53,218 nucleotides of DNA from Octopus sinensis (Eukaryota). Each line of letters starts with the position of its first letter. The stretch's first letter is position 1. Both the position numbers and the translations under genes were made by a program. The notes below the pieces were generated by a model. The model was given only the letters and a program-made list of their open reading frames with translations, was not told the origin of the DNA and made no database searches. Positions 39,871 to 50,923 of the stretch are shown here, piece after piece. The stretch is taken from positions 1 through 53,218 of the forward strand of contig NW_021833929.1 of the NCBI RefSeq assembly GCF_006345805.1. Direction: 5' to 3'.

Positions 39871-39932
39871 GCTTATATAACTATATATGTATATTTTATT
39901 CCACAGGGTTAGAGATATAGGAAAAATGGAAG

Positions 39933-40339
39933 TTGAAAAGGATTTGATTGGCTGAGGATAGTCGCATGACTGGTCTTAGAAATTCTTGTAGGTTTCCTGT
40001 CAAACACATCCATGTGTTCGACGTCGTAAGTTAAGTCTGACACGGCTGGCTGATCAAGTCCAAACAATCAATGCTCTGAATGATTTCTGTATTGACAGGT
40101 CTATCTTGATTATAATTAAACGTGGTCACTCAACCGTGTCCCCCCTCGTTTTAGGCTCAAAATATAATGTCACTTGACACTACTTCAGAGCATTGATTTT
40201 TTGGACTTCTTCAGTCAACCGTGTCAGCCCTAAATTACGACGCCCAACGTTGTAACTTGATGCTAAGGCACGAACGTAGCAGGAAACCTACAGAAAGTCC
40301 AGTCATGTGACTATCCTCTACCAATCAAATCCTATTCAA
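39933..40339. mobile_element. Old MITE-like element with long imperfect TIRs (about 150 bp)
   Basis: aggatttgattgg.tgaggatagtc.catgactgg..tgtaggtttcctg..ctgacacgg..aagtccaaa.aatcaatgctctgaa recurs as reverse complement at 40170-40339. Confidence 0.7.
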
Positions 40340-41651
40340 AACATATACGAATTTGAGCCATGAACATAAACACTTTTTTCTTTTCTTTGTTTTGTCGCAT
40401 GCTTTCAACGAACGTGACGTAAAAACCACGCTTAAATAGCTCCTTTCCCCAGAAAAACAAAGATTTGGCTGTTATTTCATGCACACACTGCTACCACATA
40501 ATAGGTATTTCGGGTCCTTTATCGCAAAAAGTTGTTACGTGGTAGCAGGACGTGCTAGACATAGCAGCCACATCTTTGGAGGTGAGATACGTTGAATGCA
40601 CGTGAAAGAAACCTGAGATAAAAAAAAAACTATTTCACACCTATGATACAGACGGGTCTTTTAAGAAATATCTACCGTATTTTAAGTCATTTTCCCATAA
40701 TAATATATTGCCTATTGTAATGTGTCTAATGGAAAGGTTAGAGTTTCTTCCTTTTCAGAGTTAAGTTATTTTCGGAGTATTCTTCCATTATGCCCCGTTT
40801 GGGTATTTATACTCCCAAACCCCGAATATCTCAATTACAACTGGTCCGATGTACACGAAACTTGTTTTGTTCCGTTTGTATTCACATTTCAGGGTAGCTG
40901 ACTTTAAAAGTATTTTCCCATTATGCGCTAGTTTGGCTGAGTAACATTGCAAGCAAGCAAGATTGAACCTCATTTTTAATGTATTATTGATACACGATGC
41001 GTATGCATATGTATTTCACCTGTGCGTGTTCATGTGTATATGTATGAATGTATGTATGTATAGAGTAATATCTAGATCGACATACAAATTTGGAGCATAC
41101 AACAGTGTCTGCTTAAATTACTAAAGTTACATTATAACCAATCTTAACTCTCTTATGTAATTTATGAAGACGTTTAAAATGTTCAATTTTTTAAGTATTT
41201 CGCTAAGTGGAATAATAAATCGATAAAATATCAATAATTACTTCTCAATATATAGAATATATTCACTAATTATATTTAAGAATTAAAATCTTCACTGCTT
41301 AACTACCAGAAGAATGAAGATATAAACTAGTGAATACCCAGCTTCTCTGGAACTTTCATGAAAACTTTAAACTTTCCAGTGCTTTAATTGATTGTGAAAA
41401 AACAGAAATTATGCTTACAAAGCTGCTTTTCTGTTCTTCCTAAATGGAAACAAATCAATATATTTGATAATGTATTCTTTTAAAGTTTAGAAAATCCATT
41501 CGATCAATATTTTAAAAATAATTGTTGGAAAAAACGAATACTGTAAGCCTAATTTAGTAAGCAATTGGAATAAACAGCAATGCACATACATACTACCATA
41601 CATGTATAATATGTATGTATATGTTTATGTATATACATACACACGTACATA

Positions 41652-41691
<40 letters not shown>

Positions 41692-41717
41692 TATGTATAT
41701 ACATACACACGTACATA

Positions 41718-41750
<33 letters not shown>

Positions 41751-41754
<4 letters not shown>

Positions 41755-41880
41755 AGAGTTTACGAAAAAGACAAAAGACGAAGACAGGTGGTGTACAAAA
41801 CAAACAGATGTATTTGTATAACTCTCTGGAATAGAAAAAGTCTTTTACGTTTCGAGCCTACGCTCTTCTACAGAGAGCAT
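41751..41880 (-). mobile_element. Penelope-like terminal fragment with variant HHR-like motif (41842-41877)
   Basis: CUCU CUGUAGA A GAGC-guag-GCUC GAA ACGU A AAAG; abuts (TA)n; homologous to 23000-23205. Confidence 0.6.
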
Positions 41881-42011
41881 GTCTATATAGTTTAGGCTGA
41901 TATATAAAGGCTATAGTTAGAATCACAGCTGACTATACGGTAATCCATACAAATATATACATGTAAATATGAACGACTTCAATACACAACAGCATATCAA
42001 TACATATATCC

Positions 42012-42176
42012 AGACGTAGGAGTGTCTGTGCAGTAAGCAGCTTGATTACGAACCACATAGTTTCGGGTTCATTCCCACTGCGTGGCACCATGGTCAAGTG
42101 TCTTCTACTATAGCCTCGGGCCGATGAAGCCTTGTGAGTGGATTTGGTAGACGGAAACTAAAAGAACTCTGCCGTG

Positions 42177-42207
<31 letters not shown>

Positions 42208-42400
42208 GTGTGTGTGTGTGTGTCCAGCATGGCTTGACAAAAGATGGTGGTGTGTTTACGTCCCGTAACATAGCGGTTCGGCAAAAGAGACCGATAGTAT
42301 AAGTAATAGGCTTACAAAGAATAAGTCCTGGGGTCGATTTGATCGACTAAATGCGAGGCTCCAGCATGGCCTCAGTCAAAAGGCTGAAACAAGTAAAGAG
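42012..42400 (+). mobile_element. SINE family C, full length
   Basis: Colinear with 27080-27493. Confidence 0.92.
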
Positions 42401-42769
42401 TATATCTACGCGCCGGCGAACGTGTACGTACGTGAGTATATGTAGGTACGGATAGGGTAGGATCAGAATGAAAGCGGGTTATATAGAAATCCATGCAAAT
42501 AGAGAGATGTAATTATGAACAATTCCAGCACACGACTATACACATCCGCGCACACGAGCGACCATACGCATCCACGCACACGAGCGTACATGCACGGAAA
42601 GTAAGTATTTTGCCAAGGAAAATATACAAAAGAGGAATAAAGCTTTGTTTTATGTAGTCTTTGATATATTTCGTCTGGAGACAGAAATGACGGCATACTT
42701 ATAGCTTGAAAAACCTTTGATGAAAAATTCTCCTATTCAGCGTTCAGATGAAGCTAAACAACAAGAGCA

Positions 42770-42858
42770 ACATCATCTTCATCATCATCATCATCATCAT
42801 CAACAACAACAACAACAGGAATAGAAGCAAGACCATCAACAACAACAACAACAGCAGC
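42770..42858. repeat. (CAT)n/(CAA)n microsatellite
   Basis: Directly visible; explains the poly-Met/Leu ORF. Confidence 0.9.
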
Positions 42859-43479
42859 TTACCAAATGTATGCACAAAAGACGTTATATTTCTTAAAGAA
42901 ATTTCATTAAACAGGATTTGATTCTTGTATTGTTTCCAATAATAACACTCGGTTGTGTTGCAAGCAACTTGTTTCTGAATTATATTAAGCCATAATATAT
43001 ATATATATATATATCTATATATATATATTATATATATATGTATATTATACAAATAGCTTGAAGCAATCTACTTCGAAATATTGGCTACGAATAATTTTTC
43101 TTTTTTTTCTCAATAAAACCGTAATGGTGTTTGATACATCAGCGTGAATATTAGTAGATTTGTGGTTTTGGTGGTTTAATAGTTTTAGTGGGGGGTTGTT
43201 TTTTCGTGGTTAACTTTCATTCTGTAAGTGTTTAAAGCGTAAACCAAACAACTGTTTGTAAATAGAAAACAACAACAACAAAAACAAAGAAAATGAAGAA
43301 TGAATAACTGAGAGTGTGTATGAGAGGTAGGGGAGAAAGTGAAGACATTAAGTAGTGTGTCAATAGATGTAGATGTATATACAACATTATAGGATTGTTT
43401 AGGAATAAATAGCAAATAGTATTCGGAAAATACATTTTACGAAGTATGATATTGAAATGTGGGACTACATATGTATGTA

Positions 43480-43616
43480 CATATATAATATATATATATA
43501 TTATATATATATATATATCACACATATATGCATATATATATATTATATTATATATATATATTCACACATATATGCATATATATATTATAATATATATATA
43601 TATATTCACACATATA

Positions 43617-43662
<46 letters not shown>

Positions 43663-43674
43663 CACATATATGCA

Positions 43675-43705
<31 letters not shown>

Positions 43706-43712
43706 ACATATA

Positions 43713-43746
<34 letters not shown>

Positions 43747-43804
43747 CACATATATGCATATATATATATATATATATAGATTATATTATATATTCACACA
43801 TATA

Positions 43805-43838
<34 letters not shown>

Positions 43839-44011
43839 CACATATATGCATAATATATATTATATATTAATATATATATATAATTCACAATATATGCATA
43901 TATATATATATATATATATTCACAATATATGCATATAATATATATATATATAGTATATATATATATTACACATATATGCATATATATATATATAAATATT
44001 CAACTATATGC

Positions 44012-44055
<44 letters not shown>

Positions 44056-44107
44056 CACATATATGCATATATAGATATATATATATATATATATATTCAC
44101 ACATATA

Positions 44108-44141
<34 letters not shown>

Positions 44142-44334
44142 CACATATATGCATATATATTATATATATATATATATTATATATTCACACATATATGCAT
44201 ATATATATATATATATATAATATATATATATTCACACATATATGCAATATATATATATTATATATATATATATATATTATATATAATATACACAATATAT
44301 ATGCATTATATATATATATATATTCACACATATA

Positions 44335-44376
<42 letters not shown>

Positions 44377-44481
44377 CACATATATGCATATATATATATA
44401 TATATATAAATATAGATATATTCACACATATATGCATATATATATATATAATATATATATAATATATATATCACACATATA

Positions 44482-44517
<36 letters not shown>

Positions 44518-44543
44518 GACATATATGCATAATATATATATAT
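43480..44543. repeat. Compound minisatellite: TTCACACATATATGCA separated by variable (TA)n
   Basis: Unit recurs more than 20 times. Confidence 0.95.
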
Positions 44544-44922
44544 AAAGTTAATCCAAACAAGAAAACAAAAACAAAAACACAACAACGCAAGGACGTGAAA
44601 CAAATAAAGTATTATTGGACGCTCAGGAAAGAAGGGAAGGAGGAGGGTTTACACACCTATATATGCATATAATATATATATACGTGTGTATGCATATATA
44701 TATATAAAGTTAATCCAAACATGAAGACACAAAGAGAAAACACAACAATGCGAGGACGTGGAACAAATATAGTATTATTGGACGCTCAGGAAAGAAGGAA
44801 AAAAGGAGGGTTTAACGTTTCGAGCGGAGCTCTTCGTCAGAAACATAGGAAAAGGAAAGATCAAAAGAAGGGAAGACGGAGGAAAAAATTCGCCAACGGT
44901 ACACACGCGGTCACATTTTGAA
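44544..44922 (-). mobile_element. Penelope-like/retrozyme fragment with partial tandem duplication and minimal HHR
   Basis: 44544-44651 duplicates 44706-44814; HHR at 44810-44844; microsatellite on both sides. Confidence 0.7.
44810..44844 (-). ncRNA. Minimal type I hammerhead ribozyme (palindromic stem III)
   Basis: GUUU CUGACGA A GAGC-ucc-GCUC GAA ACGU U AAAC; predicted cleavage GUU, between 44814 and 44813. Confidence 0.8.
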
Positions 44923-45007
44923 TATATATATATATATATTCACACATATATTCATATACTTACATATATTTACACATATAGACACCACATACGCAAATAC
45001 ATGCTTA

Positions 45008-45214
45008 TTCTTTTATTCTTTTACTTGTTTCAGTCATTTTACCGCCGCCATGCTGGAGCACCGCCTTTAGTCGAGCAGATTGACACCAGGACTTATTCTG
45101 TACTTATCCTATTGGTCTATTTTGCCGAACCGCTAAGTTACAGGGTCATAAGCACACCAGCGCTGGTTGTCAAGCAATGTTGGGGGACAGACAGACAAAC
45201 ACACACACACACAC

Positions 45215-45257
<43 letters not shown>

Positions 45258-45419
45258 TATGACAGGCTTCTTTCAGGTTCCGTTTACGAAATCCACTCAC
45301 AAAGCTTTGGTCGACCGGATGCTGTGTTAGAAGACACTTGCCCAAGGTACCACGCAGTGGGACCGGACCTGGAACCATGTGGTTGGCAAGAAAGCTACCA
45401 CACAGACACGTCTGCGCCT
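45008..45419 (-). mobile_element. SINE family C, full length
   Basis: Reverse complement colinear with 27080-27493. Confidence 0.9.
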
Positions 45420-46098
45420 ATGAAAGTATATTTTATGCCAAGGAAAGGAAACGTGTGAAAATGCACTCAATACGTTTGTCTATGATTCCTCTATATAACC
45501 TGCAGCTTTTATGCCCATGACATAATCCTACACTTATATATAAACACAGAAACACACACACTCTCACAAACATATATACATATTACAATGAAGAGGAGAT
45601 TTTTTAACACTTCCTTTATACGTACACACACACACACAACACAAAACTACTTAATACACACAGACACACACACAAACAAACACCTGAAGAGTAAATAGAC
45701 AACTTTCATTGTACTGCTTTAGTAGTACGAACACTAATTCTTTTTACTATGCTCACCCGGGATAAATCCTTAAATGTCTACTAAATAGTAGGCTTTAATG
45801 CATGAAACAACATTATTTTGTTTGTTGAAATGAATTTTTCATAATTGATTGTCCATTTGCATTTTAGACGACTATGTTTATAGATCTGTGCATAATAAAA
45901 ACTCGAACGGTAGTCAGAAGTTTGAGAGATCCTATCGAAGTAGTACTTCATTTTCTAACAAATTTCTACTTTTATTAATATTTAAAATCTGTAGACTTCT
46001 ACAAATGCAGTATACTCACAAGCATACGTTTACTTATGTTTCTATGAGTGTATACACATACAAACGCACAAATGGAAACATGTATATGTAGGTTGGTG

Positions 46099-46137
<39 letters not shown>

Positions 46138-46312
46138 CTGTGTGTTGTGTATTTGCCTGTGTGTATGTATATATATTCTACATTGAGAGAAGGACGAGAT
46201 GGACGCTTCATTTTTATGCTGTTGCCGCATTATGTCGTACGCGAATGAGAGGATTTGCATCCCCAACCAAGAATTTTTGATGTAATACATGTCCTTGAGG
46301 TAGTAGTTGTGC

Positions 46313-46390
46313 GCGGCTGAAGAAGGCCATAGACACACATTATGCATTGTTATAAATCCGTCTAATAAAGGCCCGAAACATATGTACCGC
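46313..46390 (+). ncRNA. Type I hammerhead ribozyme with long stem II, in a 250-bp island (46176-46427) between microsatellites
   Basis: GCGG CUGAAGA A GGCC-a-UAGAC-(25 nt)-GUCUA-auaaa-GGCC C GAA ACAUAUGU A CCGC; predicted cleavage GUA, between 46386 and 46387. Confidence 0.78.
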
Positions 46391-46423
46391 TGAATCCTTG
46401 GCATCATGTTTTTATTTTGATTA

Positions 46424-46482
<59 letters not shown>

Positions 46483-47696
46483 CGTATGTATGTATAATTA
46501 TTATCATGGAGTATAATCTACCAATTATAAGTTTTTATCATTTTTTTGCAATTTACTTAATCATCGGTATATTATTGTTATTTTACTTTTAATATTTCTA
46601 TTATATATAATTTTCTAGATGGTGTAATTCAATTGTTCATTTTGAATTGATAAAAGGTGGTTTTGTCTAATTTTTTTATATTTGTATGTATATATATATA
46701 TATCCATACGTGTATACATGTATATATTTGTATATATGTGTGTTTGTGTGTGTGTGTGTGTGTGTCTTTGTGTGCGTGTATGTGTTTATTAATCGTGTAA
46801 CTGGCGAAAGTATCGGTTTTATATTAAGCTTCCATTCCCCAGGCTTATATACAAAGACACTGACGTTTTCATCTGTCCAGTGAAGTGATACTGTTGTAAG
46901 CAACAATTTGAAAACCAAAAATATTATCTTTTCCTTTCTCATAAACTCTTTTAGTCTTGCTTTGTCAGTCTTCTTACCAAAATGGCCATTTGCTATAATT
47001 GTATGTTGGACAATCGTATAAAAGACGCGTTTGTTTGTCGATTTTTTTTTCATCTCTTCAGATAAGCAGATAAGAAAACTGTCTGGTTAAAATTTTGAAT
47101 AAATAATTTATTATGCTCAAATTCCGACAGTCAAATAAATATTCATCTACAAAGCGTTATTTCGTCTAACACATCATATACCATTTCAAGTGAATTATTG
47201 CTCTTCAGAGAATCCTTTGACCTTTGCCGCTTTTGCCCTTTTCATCGAAGGTTGTAGATCAACTACATTGAACATCTATCTTTCAACAGACATTTCCGTA
47301 GAATAAGCACTGTTTAACAGGCGACAGTCGAAAATGTTTGACTAATCATTCGGTCGCTTTCGAATGGGTATTAAACGAAAATATATAGAGATATATGCAA
47401 ATATCATTAGAGAAAGATATATGCAAATATCAATAGAGAAAGAGCTGGTTTGTAATCTAAATCCAGCGCTCCTTCATTGGAATTTCAGCAACATCAACAG
47501 GGTATTTATGCACGCGTCTATGTATATGTGAAGTATTTGGAGTCAGAGCACGTACCGATTTGTTTGTGTTTCTTTTTTTATGTTTGTGCTCTCATGCATA
47601 TAGCTGCATATCTAGGCATGCGCTTATACACTTGTGATATGTATAGACAGAGAAACAGGTAGATAAATAGACAGACAGACATATTTATTACGTATA

Positions 47697-47981
47697 TCAC
47701 CGTGAGCCCTGTGACCGGCCAGGCTATCAGATGTTGCTACATATCGCTGGTCGCAATGCGCTTCGCATTGTTTTAGCCTTCAAATGACGCCACCCCGCTG
47801 GCTAACGACCAGGCCAACAGAAGAAAGAGTGAGAGAATGTTGTGGAGAAAGAGTACAGCAGGGACGCCACCACTCCCTGCCAGAGCCTTGTGGAGCTTTT
47901 GGTGTTTTCGCTCAATAAACACTCACAACGCCCGGTTTGGGAATCGAAACCGCTATCCTACAACCGCGAGTCCGCTGCCCT
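47697..47981 (-). mobile_element. SINE family B with tail type 2, slightly 5'-truncated
   Basis: Colinear with 23395-23680. Confidence 0.9.
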
Positions 47982-48091
47982 TGTTTTATCTTGGCTACCG
48001 AGTAATTGTCACATATTATTTTTACGGATAAATTCCTCTACTTACATAATATTGAGGTCTCTTTCTTTCTTTTGTTATCTTACCGTTTTTA

Positions 48092-48126
<35 letters not shown>

Positions 48127-48573
48127 GGATATAGATATATATACGTGTGTCTGTTATACTGATTCTACAATTAATGCTGAATATAAATTCACAACGCTGT
48201 TACTCAGAGTTTTACGTGACCAAATTGTAAACGTTTAGCTATGCTTTAATAAAATAATATATATAGACATAATTGTGCGTGTGCGTATGTGCGTGTGTGT
48301 ATTTGTGTGTGCGTGTGTGCGTATATCATTTGATAGTTTATTTAAAGGGTATATTTGTTTCGCCATTAATCCAACTCGATTTACCAAATCACTGATCAAG
48401 TGCAGTCTCCCGTAAATTTTCCGTATTTGCTTTCTGGCGACAACCAACTCTCTATCACAATACGGCTCTTCTCTCTCAGGTAATAAACTCAAGGTTGTAT
48501 CTCCAGATATTTTACGTCTGATATTTTTCACAGGTCGATTGAATGCACGGTCGTTCCTTCTGTATCTGCGCCG

Positions 48574-48611
48574 ATGACGTCAGACTGGAAATTAATCCAG
48601 GTTGACGTCAT
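48574..48611. promoter_or_regulatory. Hairpin containing two perfect CRE palindromes (TGACGTCA)
   Basis: ATGACGTCA-ga-CTGGA-aattaa-TCCAG-gt-TGACGTCAT; motifs at 48575-48582 and 48603-48610; function not shown. Confidence 0.35.
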
Positions 48612-48881
48612 TGCTGATTGTTTCCGGACAGAGAGGAGACAAAGCCTAATTCTCTTCGATCGTTCACACCCCCGGCTTCAGTAACGTTATAACAAAACAC
48701 AATAATCATGGTCAAAGCGATAGCTCAACTGCTAGAAATCTATGGTTACTACATCCTGGCATTATAGAAAAAGAAAGGTTCGGTTGGATCACTTAGATAT
48801 TGATATGCAGTGCCTAAAAGTAAGGCAGGATGGTCGGTGCTGGATTTTGGTATTGCTTTTCGCAATTATATTTTTTATGCA

Positions 48882-49179
48882 CCCTTTTCAAGCCTAGCCA
48901 GGCTCATGTGCCCGGTTTCCCGGTTTCTGTGGCGTATGTGTTCCTCCCAGCTGGACGGGACGCCAGTCCATCGCAGCGTTACCCAAGAAACAGGAAGAGA
49001 GAGGGAGAGAAAGTTGGGCGAAAGAGTACAACATGGGTCACCACCACACCCTGCCGGAGCCTCGTTGAACTTTAGATGTTTTCGCTCAATAAACACTCAC
49101 AATGCCCGGTCTGGGAATCGAAACCGCGATCCTACGACCGCGAGACCGCTGCCCCAATCACTGGACCATTGCGCCTCCA
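48882..49179 (-). mobile_element. SINE family B with a tail type 1 variant
   Basis: Head and body as in 23395/31490 copies; tail gcgatggactggcgtcccgtccagctggg..gaaaccgggaaaccggg as in 10959-11259. Confidence 0.9.
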
Positions 49180-49854
49180 CAGATTAATACTTACTTACAA
49201 ATGAAGGGAAGTGTGAGAGTAAACGAAGAATATGTGTCTCTGTATGTACGTGTGTAAGTGCGTGCGTTATTGTGTGTGTGTGTACACCCGCATGACTGCC
49301 TATATATGTGTTTGTATGTTGGGGGTGTATATTCATTAATCATCGATAACTAAAACACTTCATTTCACATTGTTCTGCGATCACTTGTGGTACAAAGTGC
49401 ACCTAAAACAGGTGACGTTAATTAGACGGAGGAAGTGAGTGAATATACAGCAGTAAATGTTGGATCATTATAAGCAGTTCCCGTCTGCTACTTCAACAAC
49501 AAGTCGTGGAACCGTCACTCTCTTAATTTAGATAAGTTATTACGCATAAAATTTTAGTTTTTAATAAGTATTCTATTGATCATTACTCGAAAATATGAAC
49601 CGGGTGAATTAATGTAGAACTTTTCGATTCGTATCATTTATCTCGTTTCACTCCTACCCACTATCTACTTCTTAAATTTTTTACTTACTCCCTCACTCTC
49701 TTTACTAAATCGCTAAGTCACACCTGAGCGTATATACACCTATGCCGTTCATCCTCTTATGAAGTATTAGACATAGAGCTGCACAACTATATGTATAGAC
49801 ACATACATACGTATGTACATACACACACACACACACAGACACATATATATATAT

Positions 49855-50077
49855 ATTTCTTTATTGCCCACAAGGGGCTAAACATAGAGGGGACAAACAA
49901 GGACAGACAAAGGGATTAAGTCGATTACGTCGACCCCAGTGCGTAACTGGTACTTTATTTATCGATCCCGAAAGGATGAAAGGCAAAGTCGACCACAGCG
50001 GAATTTGAACTCAGGACGTAGCGACAGATGAAATACTGCTAAGCATTTCGCTAACGTTTCTGCCAGCTCACCGCCTT
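49855..50077 (-). mobile_element. SINE family A with small internal deletion
   Basis: Reverse complement of consensus, lacking cccggcgtg. Confidence 0.9.
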
Positions 50078-50132
50078 ATATATCTATCTATCAATCAATC
50101 AATCAATCACTCAATCAATCTCTCTTTCTCTC

Positions 50133-50168
<36 letters not shown>

Positions 50169-50234
50169 TGTGACAGTGTCCGTATGTATGTATGTATGTA
50201 TGTATGTATGTATGAATGAATGTATATATACGTT

Positions 50235-50490
50235 AGGCTTCTGCACAGTTTCTGCAGTCGCCCATGCATACCAGCCCCGCTCTCCGCTCCACCGATTTTA
50301 TCCAAGGGAAAGGCAAAGGCCCGTACAGCTTGGCACCAGTGACGTTGCAATATACATCTACAACTGAATCAACTGGAGTGATGTGAAAACAAAGCACCAT
50401 GCTGAAAAACACAACACACAGCTCGGTGCAGGAATCGAACGCATTACCTCATGATTATGAGCCCGACGCTCTGACTATGGCGCCATGCAC
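50235..50490 (-). mobile_element. Decayed tRNA/CORE-like SINE
   Basis: ggaatcgaac B-box reverse complement; ctggagtgatgtgaaaacaaagcaccatgctgaaaaacacaac is CORE-like. Confidence 0.55.
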
Positions 50491-50530
50491 TTATACGTGT
50501 AGTTTAAGTCTGGATTCGCTAGGAGATCTT

Positions 50531-50923
50531 ATCTTTTCGATTTGAACGGCAGTTTTTAACATAATTTCTAGGTAACTAAACACTTTTAAACTTCGTACAC
50601 TGGTAGAATGTGTTTATAAAACATCTTTTTCTCTTGGATGTATTGAAAAAATTCTATAGTTTGTAAGATATTTGTTGTTTTTTTTCTTCAATTTCTGCAA
50701 TTTCAACTAATCAATGACGTCTTTTGAGGTAGAAACATTGTTTGCCGTGTGAATATGTCCCCCGTTTAAGAAACACATTGGGTTTACTTACCCCACCCCT
50801 TACCCTAACTAACCCTAACCCTAAAACAGATTGAAATGCAATAGATCGATACTAGGGTTATAATTATGGGTGACAATTTCATATGACACCGCTAGAAAAA
50901 CTGCCGTTCAAACCGAAAAGACC
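50531..50923. mobile_element. MITE, second copy of 30885-31306 in opposite orientation
   Basis: atcttttcgatttgaacggcag left TIR, ctgccgttcaaaccgaaaagac right TIR; internal sequence colinear in reverse. Confidence 0.85.

Noticed and set aside
43054-43087. TAGCT..GAAG-caatcta-CTTC GAAATATT GGCTA
   Set aside because: Helices fit but the CUGANGA core is essentially deleted; decayed at best
43480-44543. Regular repeat-spacer pattern as a CRISPR array
   Set aside because: Spacers are only variable (TA)n; eukaryotic context; no cas genes
1088-44545. Dozens of [12 protein letters not shown] ORFs in the track, up to about 216 aa
   Set aside because: Stop-poor translations of (TA)n, (CA)n and (TACA)n microsatellites; no domain content
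46800-47053. Unique part of the 125-aa minus-strand ORF
   Set aside because: No recognisable motif; remaining length comes from microsatellite
50802-50824. CCCTAA repeats as an interstitial telomere
   Set aside because: Only about three imperfect units, inside a MITE
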